Below are positions 27,847 to 37,797 of a stretch of 64,000 nt of DNA, in pieces. The first letter of the stretch is position 1. Each line of letters opens with the position of its first letter. Origin of the DNA: Candidatus Parvarchaeota archaeon (GTDB taxonomy: Archaea; Nanobdellota; Nanobdellia; WJKC01); NCBI GenBank assembly GCA_030615175.1, contig JAUWZX010000001.1:199840-263839 (forward strand), given 5' to 3'. Below the pieces are notes generated by a model. The model did not search any database and was not told where the DNA came from. It saw only the letters and a list, made by a program, of their open reading frames with translations. The position numbers and the translations under genes were made by a program.

Positions 27847-28743
27847 GTGATTGATAAATTAGTGAGTGATATTAAGTCCTTGCGTGTTAGAGGTGCTTCA
27901 AAGATTGCGCGGGCAGGGCTTCGTGCAATGGATTACGTTGCAAGGAATTCCAAAGCCAAGTCAAAGAAAGCGTTCTTAAAGGAGTTAAATACTGTTAAGA
28001 AAAAATTGTTTAATGCAAGACCAACTGAGCCAATGCTTAGCAATGTTTTAAAGTATGTTTTATGGAAGGCAGCGGAGGATGCTGGCGAGCGTGATTATAA
28101 GGCGGAGACGAGGAATAATATTAATTTATTATATGGCATTATTGAAAAAACAAGGCGCAGGGTTGTGAATATTGGCAAGAACGTGGTTAAGAAGAAGACA
28201 GTATTAACTCATTGTAATTCAAGCACTGTTATTGAAATATTGAAGGCAGGGAAGCCGAAGAAGGTTATCTGCACTGAAACGAGACCATTATTTCAGGGCA
28301 GGATTACTGCAAGAGAGTTAATTAATGCCGGTGTTAGGACTGCAATGATTATTGACAGTGCAGTGGCGGATTACATTAAAGAGGTTGATATTGTATTGCT
28401 TGGCTGTGATGTGATAACTCCTAACATGGTTATTAATAAAGTAGGTTCTAATAATATTGGCTTGTTATGCGAGAGGTATGATATTCCATTATACATTTGC
28501 TCAACCAGTTTTAAGTTTGACCCTGAATCAGTGCTTGGCATGGGGGTTGGTGTTGAAGAGCGTGATGCTAAGGAAGTCTGGAGCAACCCTCCTAAGGGTT
28601 TGAGGATTATGAATCCAGCGTTTGATTCAATTGCTTATGATAATATCACTTCATTCATTAATGAGTTAGGCGTTTTAAGTCCTGATTCATTATTTATTAC
28701 TCTGCGCAGTAAGTATAAATGGATGTTTGGAGAAGGGTTATGA
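27847..28743 (+). CDS. ribose-1,5-bisphosphate isomerase (eIF-2B family)
   Basis: VRGA, RPTEP, THCNS, ETRP, GCD, NKVG, NPAFD; same operon as AMP phosphorylase. Confidence 0.88.
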   Translation: MIDKLVSDIKSLRVRGASKIARAGLRAMDYVARNSKAKSKKAFLKELNTVKKKLFNARPTEPMLSNVLKYVLWKAAEDAGERDYKAETRNNINLLYGIIEKTRRRVVNIGKNVVKKKTVLTHCNSSTVIEILKAGKPKKVICTETRPLFQGRITARELINAGVRTAMIIDSAVADYIKEVDIVLLGCDVITPNMVINKVGSNNIGLLCERYDIPLYICSTSFKFDPESVLGMGVGVEERDAKEVWSNPPKGLRIMNPAFDSIAYDNITSFINELGVLSPDSLFITLRSKYKWMFGEGL

Positions 28744-29384
28744 AAGCAGTGATTTTTGACGCCTCTGACTTATTATACATTAGGAGGATGGGGAGGTATG
28801 CTTTTTTAAAGAAATTATTGAAGAAGAAAGGATTAAGGATTAAGAATCCTTGGATAGTTTATGACGTTATTAACAGGTATTCAAAAATTGGTGCAATCAC
28901 GAGGCGGAGATTAATTGATAACTTCCTTAAAGTTTTAGGGTTATACAGTCCTGAATTCGCTGAAGAGTACTATCATATTTATGAGAAAGTAAAATCAAGT
29001 ATTATTTTACTGCCTCGCGTTAAGGAAGGGCTTGAAGAGTTATATAGGATGGGTGTGAAATTATATGTTTTCTCTGATAGTTCAACAACTTCAATGGAGA
29101 AGCTTGAATGGTTTAAGAAGTTAGGTATTGCCAAGTATTTTGATAAAGTGATTTGCTCATGTGATGTTGGTTACTTGAAGAGTGATATTAAAAAATTCAG
29201 TAATTTCTTGAGAATGATTAATGTCAGGAAGAAGGATGCAGTATTTGTTTACCATGAATTAGGAGATGTTGTAAGCGCTAAACTCCTTGGAGTAACATGC
29301 GTTAGCATTACTAAAGGCATTTGCGAGGATTACTATATTAAGCATTTAGGTGAACTGCCTGATTTATTGAGGAGGATTTCTTAA
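28740..29384 (+). CDS. HAD-family hydrolase
   Basis: KAVIFDASD, FSD, FDKVICSCDVGYLK; ATGA overlap with upstream gene. Confidence 0.8.
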   Translation: MKAVIFDASDLLYIRRMGRYAFLKKLLKKKGLRIKNPWIVYDVINRYSKIGAITRRRLIDNFLKVLGLYSPEFAEEYYHIYEKVKSSIILLPRVKEGLEELYRMGVKLYVFSDSSTTSMEKLEWFKKLGIAKYFDKVICSCDVGYLKSDIKKFSNFLRMINVRKKDAVFVYHELGDVVSAKLLGVTCVSITKGICEDYYIKHLGELPDLLRRIS

Positions 29385-30874
29385 TGAAGTTTAAGGTTAA
29401 GGATTTGAATATTTCTGGCGGGGGTTTTGACATAGTGGTTGTTAATGAGATTGTTGCTTCAACTCTTGACATTCACGTTTCCAGCCGTCTGCGCTTAACA
29501 GATGATAAGGTGTCTGTTGTTGCAGTTGTTGATTTAGCTGAATCTTCAGTAATCAAGCCTGGCGAGATTGGTTTATTTAGTGAGGTTTATGAGAAGCTTG
29601 GAGTTAAGGAAGGAGGTTTAGTTAGTGTTTCAGTGGTTCCTCAGCCTAAGAGTGTTGAATTCATTAAGAAGAAGCTTGATGGTCTTGAATTAAATTCACG
29701 TGAGATTAATAGCATTATTAAGGACATTACCTTGAATCATTTAAGTCAGGTTGAGATGAGTGCTTTTGTTACTGCCTGTTATACTAGGCGTTTGACAATG
29801 GATGAAGTTTTTTACTTAACTAAGTCTATTGTAAGCACTGGCAAGACTATTAATTTTAAGGATAAAATAATTTTGGACAAGCATTGTATTGGAGGAATAT
29901 CCGGTAATCGCACGACAATGATTGTTGTGCCAATAATTGCTGCTTATGGTTTGAAGATTCCTAAGACTAGTTCGCGTTCCATTACTAGTCCTTCAGGAAC
30001 TGCAGATACAATGGAGGTTTTAGCGCCTGTTGAATTATCTGTTAAGAAGATTAAGAAGGTTGCTGATAAAGCAGGTGGCTGTATTGTTTGGGGTGGTAAT
30101 GTTAATTTAGCTGCTGCTGATGATAAGTTAATCATCGTGCGCCACCCTTTAGCTCTTGACCCTCCTGGCTTAATGCTTGCCAGTATTATGGCTAAGAAGA
30201 AGGCTGTTGGTTCAACTCACGTGATTATTGATATTCCTCTCGGCATTGGAGCTAAGACTAAGGATTTAGGTGAGGCTAAGTTCTTGGGCATGCAGTTTAG
30301 GGAGTTGGGTGAGAAGTTTGGCATTAATGTTAAGTCAGTAATCACTGATGGAAGTAAGCCTATTGGCAGGGGTATTGGACCTGTGCTTGAGGCGCGTGAT
30401 GTTTTAAGCGTGTTAAGGAATGATGTTAAGGCGCCTAAGGATTTGCGCAAGAAATCATTATACCTTGCTGCTGAATTACTTGAATTGTCAGGAGTTGTTC
30501 ATCAGGGTGAAGGTTTCAGAATTGTCAGGGATATATTGTCCTCTGGCAGGGCGTATAAGGTGATGAGGAGGATTATTAAGTTGCAGGGAGGCGACCCTGA
30601 TGTCAGTATTGATTCATTAAAGCCTGGGAAGTATGAGTTCACTCTTAACTCGCCTAGGACTGGCCTGATTAAATTCTTAAGTGATGATTTGGTTTCCAGG
30701 ATTGCAAGGGCTGCTGGAGCTCCTGTAAGCAAGAAGGCTGGTATTTACTTGTATAGGAATGCTGGTGATTACGTTAAGCGCGGCCAGCCAGTACTCACTA
30801 TTCATTCAGAGTCAGAGGATTCATTAGAGAATGCTAAGGAATTAATTACAAAAGATTTATATACTATTGCTTGA
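29384..30874 (+). CDS. AMP phosphorylase (thymidine phosphorylase family)
   Basis: DKHCIGG, PKTSSRSITSPSGTADTME, N-terminal extra domain. Confidence 0.93.
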   Translation: MKFKVKDLNISGGGFDIVVVNEIVASTLDIHVSSRLRLTDDKVSVVAVVDLAESSVIKPGEIGLFSEVYEKLGVKEGGLVSVSVVPQPKSVEFIKKKLDGLELNSREINSIIKDITLNHLSQVEMSAFVTACYTRRLTMDEVFYLTKSIVSTGKTINFKDKIILDKHCIGGISGNRTTMIVVPIIAAYGLKIPKTSSRSITSPSGTADTMEVLAPVELSVKKIKKVADKAGGCIVWGGNVNLAAADDKLIIVRHPLALDPPGLMLASIMAKKKAVGSTHVIIDIPLGIGAKTKDLGEAKFLGMQFRELGEKFGINVKSVITDGSKPIGRGIGPVLEARDVLSVLRNDVKAPKDLRKKSLYLAAELLELSGVVHQGEGFRIVRDILSSGRAYKVMRRIIKLQGGDPDVSIDSLKPGKYEFTLNSPRTGLIKFLSDDLVSRIARAAGAPVSKKAGIYLYRNAGDYVKRGQPVLTIHSESEDSLENAKELITKDLYTIA

Positions 30875-31320
30875 ACGAATTATTTATGAAATTCACTGAG
30901 GATTATTTAGACTCTGCTTTAAGTAATGCTAAGAAGTGGTGTAGTGAGAGTCTTTCAAAACACCTTGAAGGTTATTCTGGAGGTTTTGACTTCAGCATTT
31001 TCTATTATATCATTGATAATGAAATGATTCCAGACATGTGCTTGGATGAGGAAGTTGATGGATTAATCAGGGTTTCTTTAAGGAAGATAAAATGGTATCT
31101 TGATAGAGAAGAATTTTTTAAAGAGCATAATATTCCTTATTCAGAGTACGATGTTGAATCTACCTTTACTCATGAGATGATTGAGTACTTAGTTCATAAA
31201 GACAAGAGTGTCTATTTAGATTATATTAAAAAATTTGGTTTAACTACTCCACATAAGACTGCTTTAATGATTGAGAACATTAACCGCAAAGAGCGAGGCT
31301 TGAATGATTGGATTGATTGA
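30871..31320 (+). CDS. hypothetical acidic protein with HExxE motif
   Basis: 149-aa ORF filling the gap; THEMIEY...PH suggests a zincin-like metal site. Confidence 0.6.
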   Translation: MNELFMKFTEDYLDSALSNAKKWCSESLSKHLEGYSGGFDFSIFYYIIDNEMIPDMCLDEEVDGLIRVSLRKIKWYLDREEFFKEHNIPYSEYDVESTFTHEMIEYLVHKDKSVYLDYIKKFGLTTPHKTALMIENINRKERGLNDWID

Positions 31321-31387
31321 GAGTTATTCACTATTCCTTAACCATTTTGGAAATCTTTTTAAATCATTGCTTAATTCTTTTCCTTTT

Positions 31388-31624
31388 ATGGGAAGGATTA
31401 GGACTAGTGAGATTAAGAATATCACTAAGTTAGTTATTGAGAAGTATACTCTTTCAAGTTTCAGTGATGATTTTGAGAAGAATAAGGAAGTCCTCAAGTC
31501 ATTTCCTGAGGAGTTTCCAAGCAAGAAAGTATTGAATAAGATTGCTGGATACATTACTTTTAAGTATAAGAAGGAGCGCGAGGCTGAGAAGAGGTTATTA
31601 GAACCGTCTGGTGAGGGAGAGTAA
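31388..31624 (+). CDS. rps17e: 30S ribosomal protein S17e
   Basis: MGRIRT..IK, F..DFEKNK, SKKVLNKIAGYIT. Confidence 0.95.
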   Translation: MGRIRTSEIKNITKLVIEKYTLSSFSDDFEKNKEVLKSFPEEFPSKKVLNKIAGYITFKYKKEREAEKRLLEPSGEGE

Positions 31625-31659
31625 TCTTTATAATACTTTAATTTCATTATCTAGTTCTT

Positions 31660-31712
31660 ATGAGAGATGATTTACTTTGGCATTAGTGAATCAGTTTATT
31701 TAGTCCTGACTG
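31660..31712 (+). ncRNA. candidate box C/D guide sRNA
   Basis: C-like GAGATGA 31664-31670, D box CTGA 31706-31709, 46-nt span, own TATA-like TTTATAAT at 31628-31635. Confidence 0.4.
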
Positions 31713-31751
31713 CCCAAACTTTTATTAGAAATGAATTAGTGGTGATTACTA

Positions 31752-32828
31752 ATGACTGATAATGTAATTAATCCTTTTGGCGCGAGCACGATTAAGGATT
31801 ATGATAAGATTTTAAAGGAATTCGGGGTGCCACGCTTTAATGAGGTGTTAGCCAGGATGCCTGACCCATTAATCACCATGAAGCGAGGCATAATATTCGG
31901 GCACCGCGACTTAAATCCTGTTATTAAAGCAATGAAGGATGGAAGTAAGTTTGCAGTTATGAGCGGGATTAAACCATCTAATTACCTTCACATTGGCTCT
32001 AAAATGGTTGTTGACGAGATAGTGTACTTCCAGAATCATGGTGGACTAGTTTATTATTCAATAGCTGACTTGGAAGCCCTTGTTGATAATGGATTACTCC
32101 TTAGTGAATCAAAGGCGTTCGCTTATGATAATTTACTTGACCTTGCAGCGCTCGGCATTAACTTTAAGAAGGCACGAATTTACTTACAGTCAAGAGAAAT
32201 TAAAGTTCAGCGCCTTGCTTACATTTACTCACGCCACGTTACGAATAACATGCTTAAAGCTATTTACGGCGAGCACCCGGTAGGTATTTACATGGCTGCA
32301 TTAACCCAGGTTGGTGACATATTACTCCCGCAAGTCGAGCATGGCAAAATTCCTGTAGTAGTTCCTGTTGGTTTTGACCAGGACCCTCACATTAGACTCA
32401 CGCGCGACATTGCAAAGAAGCAGGGCTTGATTCCTCCTTCATCAACTTATCATAAATTCATGTGCTCCTTAACTGGTGTAGGTAAGAAGATGAGTAAGCG
32501 CGAGCCGCAAGGCATTATTTACTTAAATGAATCACCTAAGAGTGCTCGCAAGAAAATCATGAAGTACGCTTTCTCAGGCGGTCAGCCAACAATGGAAGAG
32601 CACAGGAGGAAGGGAGGAAACCCGGAAATTGATGTTTCATACCAGTACCTTACTTACTTAGAGAGTGATGAAAGAAAATTAAAGAAGATACATGACGATT
32701 ACAAGGCAGGCAAGTTATTATCAGGAGAGTTAAAGCAAGTGCTTGCAGAAAAAATAGAAGCATTCCTTATCTCGCACCAAGAGAAGCGTGAGAAAGCAAA
32801 GAAAATAGTTGATAAATTCTTTAAGTAA
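31752..32828 (+). CDS. trpS: tryptophanyl-tRNA synthetase
   Basis: GIKPS..LHIGS, GFDQDPH, KMSK, AFSGG. Confidence 0.95.
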   Translation: MTDNVINPFGASTIKDYDKILKEFGVPRFNEVLARMPDPLITMKRGIIFGHRDLNPVIKAMKDGSKFAVMSGIKPSNYLHIGSKMVVDEIVYFQNHGGLVYYSIADLEALVDNGLLLSESKAFAYDNLLDLAALGINFKKARIYLQSREIKVQRLAYIYSRHVTNNMLKAIYGEHPVGIYMAALTQVGDILLPQVEHGKIPVVVPVGFDQDPHIRLTRDIAKKQGLIPPSSTYHKFMCSLTGVGKKMSKREPQGIIYLNESPKSARKKIMKYAFSGGQPTMEEHRRKGGNPEIDVSYQYLTYLESDERKLKKIHDDYKAGKLLSGELKQVLAEKIEAFLISHQEKREKAKKIVDKFFK

Positions 32829-34032
32829 TCCTGTCAAGTATTCTCTGCCTTGACTGCTCTACCCTGAGTCTTATTCTTCGTTCATCAATCCTGTCTGTAA
32901 GCCTGTAATTCTTCAGTTTGTATTCCCCGTTAATAATAACACTGCTAATGCAGTTACTTCTAAGTATGTTCATGTATAATTTATCAACCTCATTGTAAGG
33001 TTTGACTTTCCATAAGTCAATTAATAACAGGTTTGCTGGCGCGCCTTCAAAGATTCCAGCCTGCTCCCATAAGGTATGCCCTCCCCACAGCATGCTGAAA
33101 GCATCCTTAATTTTTAAGCGTCCAAGATTCTTAGCCCTTAATGCTTCACTCCTCACGTCAGGATTAGGATTCCATGGGAATTCATCAGTTCCTAAACCAA
33201 TTATAACATCATGCTTGAGCATTAACTTTGTTTCAGGAATATTCCTTGCTATCTCATAATTACTTGTAGGGCAGTGAATCACTGGCACTCCATGACTTGA
33301 TAGTAATAATATATCTCTCGTGTCTGCGTAAGTGCAGTGAGCGAGGCTGGTGTCATAGTCAAGGAATCCGAGGCTTTTTAAGTAATTAATCGTCCTCTTA
33401 CCCGTTAACCTCTTTATTTTCTTTACTTCATTCCTTGTCTCGCAAGCATGCATGTGTATCTGCATATCATGTTCTCGCGCGAACTCCAGTGCTTTATGCA
33501 TTAATTTAGGCGTGCACTCAATCTCATTAGCGAGTCCTACATAAATCTTGTCTCTATACTTCTTATTAAGTCTTTCAAGCATGCTGAATGATTTCTCAAC
33601 ATTCTGGGCTTCCTCAAACGCATCCTTTAAAGGATAACCTATAAGGTAATTAAGCCCTAAATCCTCTAATGCTTTAATTACTGGTTTTGGATGAACATCC
33701 ATTGTTAGCACATTAGTAACGCCTGATTTTAAGAATTCAATTCCTGCTAATAATACAGCATTGTAAACATCATCCCTTGTCCTAACCTTATGAGCTTTGA
33801 ATCCTATCTTAGTGAAGTATTCAAACTTTGATAATCCTATGCCTGAACCAGTTACTATTCTTGAAGCCATATGCGTGTGAGCGTTAGCGAATCCTGGCAG
33901 TAATAACTTGCCAGCGCATCTATTACCTTTCGGCAGTGACTTCGCTATCTTGTGTATCCTGCCATGCCTTATCTCCACATCCTGCTTTACAAGCGAGTTC
34001 CCTGCAATTATCCGCACATCATTAAGTATCAT
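32821..34032 (-). CDS. amidohydrolase (MTA/SAH deaminase family)
   Basis: PGFANAHTH, HMHACET, AHC, HCPTSN, GLGTD. Confidence 0.88.
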   Translation of the reverse strand: MILNDVRIIAGNSLVKQDVEIRHGRIHKIAKSLPKGNRCAGKLLLPGFANAHTHMASRIVTGSGIGLSKFEYFTKIGFKAHKVRTRDDVYNAVLLAGIEFLKSGVTNVLTMDVHPKPVIKALEDLGLNYLIGYPLKDAFEEAQNVEKSFSMLERLNKKYRDKIYVGLANEIECTPKLMHKALEFAREHDMQIHMHACETRNEVKKIKRLTGKRTINYLKSLGFLDYDTSLAHCTYADTRDILLLSSHGVPVIHCPTSNYEIARNIPETKLMLKHDVIIGLGTDEFPWNPNPDVRSEALRAKNLGRLKIKDAFSMLWGGHTLWEQAGIFEGAPANLLLIDLWKVKPYNEVDKLYMNILRSNCISSVIINGEYKLKNYRLTDRIDERRIRLRVEQSRQRILDRIT

Positions 34033-34063
34033 TAGCAGTATTTTTTAATGCAGTTAATACTTA

Positions 34064-34837
34064 TTATTTTTTGCAGTTTAAGAAATAATCTTTTAGTTTT
34101 TTCTGCCTGCTCTTATCTATCACATTCTTCATTGGCGGCTCTACTTGAGCGAACTTGAATCCCCAGTCCTTAAGCATTTGCTCAGAGTTCTTTGTCATTC
34201 CTGGCGCTGCAATGTAACCAATTACTTTGTCCGTTCCTTTAGCTGTCTTTATCCTTTCAACGTAGCGTCTTAATTGCTGTACAGCGTTAAGTCCTGCCTT
34301 ATCCCTTTTGCATTCAATAATTATTAGCGTGCCTTCACCATCATGCCCCATAACGTCAATATACCCATACTTTGTCTGCTCCTCTAAACTTACTGGTTTA
34401 AAGTCAGGATTAATGAGGTATGGTTTTTCGTAAATCATGCGCGCCATGTCAGCCTCGCTGCCCATTATTGACACTTCCTCTGCATCGCTTAACTCGCATG
34501 AGTGCAGCAAGTGCACTTTTGACACCTTGATTATCATGCGCTCCCTTGGATTAATGGATTCAGCATTAATGAATAAAGAATCATTATTTGAGTCAAACTT
34601 AATGCTCGCGCCTTCCTTCATCCAGTTAACAGGGTTGCGACCAGTCGGCTTGTGCACGAGCAGGGTCTTGTCCGGCTTGATTATTATCACGCGCTCCCCG
34701 CGCTCTAATTTGCTGTAAGCCCTTCCCTCATAATTCACCTCGCACTCGCAGTACACTGTTATTAATTCATTTCTTTGCAGAGCACGTTTAAGAATGTTCT
34801 TTGAATTATCCTTATCCGGCTCAACATGACTTCTCAT
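34064..34837 (-). CDS. nucS: endonuclease NucS/EndoMS
   Basis: YEGRA, PVNW, ID...ECKR, QLRRY, PIP box QKKLKDYF. Confidence 0.95.
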   Translation of the reverse strand: MRSHVEPDKDNSKNILKRALQRNELITVYCECEVNYEGRAYSKLERGERVIIIKPDKTLLVHKPTGRNPVNWMKEGASIKFDSNNDSLFINAESINPRERMIIKVSKVHLLHSCELSDAEEVSIMGSEADMARMIYEKPYLINPDFKPVSLEEQTKYGYIDVMGHDGEGTLIIIECKRDKAGLNAVQQLRRYVERIKTAKGTDKVIGYIAAPGMTKNSEQMLKDWGFKFAQVEPPMKNVIDKSRQKKLKDYFLNCKK

Positions 34838-34870
34838 AATATTAAATTCATCATTCTTTTCTTTTATAAT

Positions 34871-37705
34871 TTATTCTATTAGTATTCCAGGCTTACCTGG
34901 CAATGCACTCCTTGCCTTCTGTTCTTTTGAGTTCTCTGCCTTGATTACATTCACTTTGCACTTGAATTCCTTTTCCAGGAAATCTTTTAACTCCTTTAAA
35001 GCGTTGAACTCATTCTTGTCACTGTCTAATAATTTACTTTGATTCCTTACTACTGCTTTAATAATCTTTGCTGCCTGATTTGCATTAATCTTTATTTTAT
35101 CATGCTTCATTGATTTCTTAATTATTAAATTAAAATCCCTTTTATCCATTGATTTCCTGATAATATTAAATAATTCATGCTTCCAGTCCTCACATGTATA
35201 TATGGAAATCACTTTAGGCTTCTTGCCAATGAGTTTAATGATTTCATTAACATCACTCATAACAGCATTAATTAAATTAAAAATCATGACTTTTTTACCA
35301 GCAGTCCTCTTAACTTTAGGCCATGATGCTAAGCTAATGAACCCTTTATTGCCTGATTTTGCCCATAATTCTTCACAAACATGGGGGATTACAGGAGTCA
35401 GTATCTTAAACCAGTCAGTGATTAATCCTTTAACCCCGCTATAATCACCTGTTAAGTTTAAGTAATCAGTAAATAAATTCATTATTTCATAAAAACTAAT
35501 CTGGACATACTTTCTTAAATTAAAACCATTAATTTGTTTAGTTGCATTAAACACTAAGTTATTAAAGGCTTTAATTAAAGCCGTCTTAAATAATGAATTC
35601 TTAACAGCTTTTTTTGATTTAATCACTTTTTCACTTATGTTAATGAATTTTTCAAAATGCTTTTTAACAGCATTAAACTCAGCCTTCCTCCAGTCAACAA
35701 CTGAACTGAATTCAGCATTATTTATCATATATAACCTGAAAAGGTCTGCACCGAATCGTTCACCAATTTCACTTAAAGGAATGATGTTGCCTTTACTTTT
35801 ACCCATTTTCTGACCTTCAACATTAACTGGCTCAATAAGCGTTAAAGTCTTAGGCCAATGCTTTTTAGGGAATATTACTGAATGATGGAAAATCATGAAA
35901 CTTAAGTGATTGCTAATATGCATTATTGCAGTATGACGATGGTCCATTGGGTACCAGTAATTAAATTCATCATGCATCATCTTAAGTAAAGATTCACTAA
36001 TCCTTGTTTTCTCACTAATGTTTTTAAGAATGCCTTTGCCTAGGAGCACGTAATCAAAGAATTCTGGGATTAATTGCTCAGGCTTTACGTTATTACCTGT
36101 TAAGTGATGAACTATTGTGTAAAAAGACATGTAAATAGTTGAATCTGAAAGACTTTCAATAATCCATCCCTTCTGGTAAGGGAATCCAGTGCCTAAACCC
36201 TTCTTCCTGATACAGGGTCTTTTGTCAAGCCAGTTGAAAGCTGCTTTAAAATCATTCCGGTACTTGTCAGGATATATTGTTATCTTATTTAAGCACTCAA
36301 ATGCTTTACGCTTCCATCCTTTAGCATTATAATCAAGGAACCATTGATTATCAAGCACTGCTACAATAACTTTGCCTCCGCACCGGCACTCAGCTTTTCT
36401 TGAAGTTTCATAAAACTTAACTGCTAAACCTTTTTTCACTAAATCATTTTTCACCGCTTCTTTGGCTTTTTCAACAGGCATGCCGGAGTACTTGCCTGTA
36501 TTCTTTTTTAGTATTCCAAGGTGATGTTCATCCCTGTATAACTCCTTTTTTAATTTCTCAACATTTTTAAGCCTGCAGGATTCAACAATATCCTTTGCCG
36601 GATGATTGCCATAACCTTTTAATTTTATCATTGACACTAATTTAATATTCTTAACCTCGCTTGGCTTTAATCCATACTTTTTAATTTTTTTATCATTACC
36701 TTGCAATTCTTTTAGCATCACGTAATCCGGTGGCGCATGGCTTGGCACGCTCATAACTGGTCCTGTGCCAATATCATTATCAATATTTTTTGCTGGAAGT
36801 ATGAGTAATTCCTTATTAATTATTGGCGCCTTAGCTTTTAATCCTATTAATTCTTCTCCCTTAATCATTGAAGTCTTTATTAATTCTTGTCCCTGATAAT
36901 TCATTTTTTCAAATGCTTCTTCACTAATTATCCATATTTCATCATTCTTCCTTGCTTTAATATACATTGTTTCAGGATTAATCCATAGGTTTGTTAAACC
37001 AAATATTGTTTCAGGTCTTAGTGTGGCGGTTAATATGTACTCCCCTTTTTTTAATTTGAATTTAATGCCTGTGAATTCCTGGACTTCAACTTTTTCCTCA
37101 TCTCCTCCTTTAATATCATCTTCTCCTACAGCGTTTTGGTCAGTTAAGCAGAAGTTAATCGGATGCTTCATCTTTTTTAAGTAACCTTTTTTCTTGAACT
37201 TGGAGTACTGCCATTCAATGAATTTATTATAAATTTTATCACCAGTAGTGAACACTCTGCGCCAGTCAATACTCATGCCTATTGTTTTAAAATCCTGCTT
37301 CATTGTTTTAGAAAAGTAATTGTAAACCTTCCATGGTTTATCAAATGATTTCAGTATTCTTTCAACTTTTTTATCATCTTTTGTGTGAAGTTTTATGTAA
37401 TTCCTTATCATGTTTGTGAATTTAATGTCGCCACTCTTAATCCTGTTACATATGGCGAGTACTGGGGTTCCTGTTATGTGGAATGCCATTGGGAATAACA
37501 CATTATAACCCTGCATTCTTTTATATCTGGCAAATACTTCGCCGCAGGAATAAGACCTGCCGTGACCTATATGGTAAGGGCCTGATGCATAAGGATAGGG
37601 AACTGTTATGAAATACTTTTTCTTTCCTTTTTCAGGGTCTGCTTCGAAAATCCTGGCTTTAGTCCATTTCTTCTGCCATTTCTTCTCAATCCGTTTTAAG
37701 TTCAT
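34871..37705 (-). CDS. leuS: leucyl-tRNA synthetase
   Basis: PYPYASG..HIGH, TLRPET, GTG.V.SVP.HAP.D, ESLSDSTIY, KMGKS. Confidence 0.96.
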   Translation of the reverse strand: MNLKRIEKKWQKKWTKARIFEADPEKGKKKYFITVPYPYASGPYHIGHGRSYSCGEVFARYKRMQGYNVLFPMAFHITGTPVLAICNRIKSGDIKFTNMIRNYIKLHTKDDKKVERILKSFDKPWKVYNYFSKTMKQDFKTIGMSIDWRRVFTTGDKIYNKFIEWQYSKFKKKGYLKKMKHPINFCLTDQNAVGEDDIKGGDEEKVEVQEFTGIKFKLKKGEYILTATLRPETIFGLTNLWINPETMYIKARKNDEIWIISEEAFEKMNYQGQELIKTSMIKGEELIGLKAKAPIINKELLILPAKNIDNDIGTGPVMSVPSHAPPDYVMLKELQGNDKKIKKYGLKPSEVKNIKLVSMIKLKGYGNHPAKDIVESCRLKNVEKLKKELYRDEHHLGILKKNTGKYSGMPVEKAKEAVKNDLVKKGLAVKFYETSRKAECRCGGKVIVAVLDNQWFLDYNAKGWKRKAFECLNKITIYPDKYRNDFKAAFNWLDKRPCIRKKGLGTGFPYQKGWIIESLSDSTIYMSFYTIVHHLTGNNVKPEQLIPEFFDYVLLGKGILKNISEKTRISESLLKMMHDEFNYWYPMDHRHTAIMHISNHLSFMIFHHSVIFPKKHWPKTLTLIEPVNVEGQKMGKSKGNIIPLSEIGERFGADLFRLYMINNAEFSSVVDWRKAEFNAVKKHFEKFINISEKVIKSKKAVKNSLFKTALIKAFNNLVFNATKQINGFNLRKYVQISFYEIMNLFTDYLNLTGDYSGVKGLITDWFKILTPVIPHVCEELWAKSGNKGFISLASWPKVKRTAGKKVMIFNLINAVMSDVNEIIKLIGKKPKVISIYTCEDWKHELFNIIRKSMDKRDFNLIIKKSMKHDKIKINANQAAKIIKAVVRNQSKLLDSDKNEFNALKELKDFLEKEFKCKVNVIKAENSKEQKARSALPGKPGILIE

Positions 37706-37797
37706 GATTCATTAAACCTCAACGCCACTTATTAATTTTATTCATTTACTAACCTATCAAGATAATATTAAATAAGTATTATGATTATTATTACTTA

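Noticed and set aside
31304..31387. N-terminal extension of S17e
   Set aside because: Family alignment starts at MGRIRT (31388); the upstream part contains a TATA-like promoter
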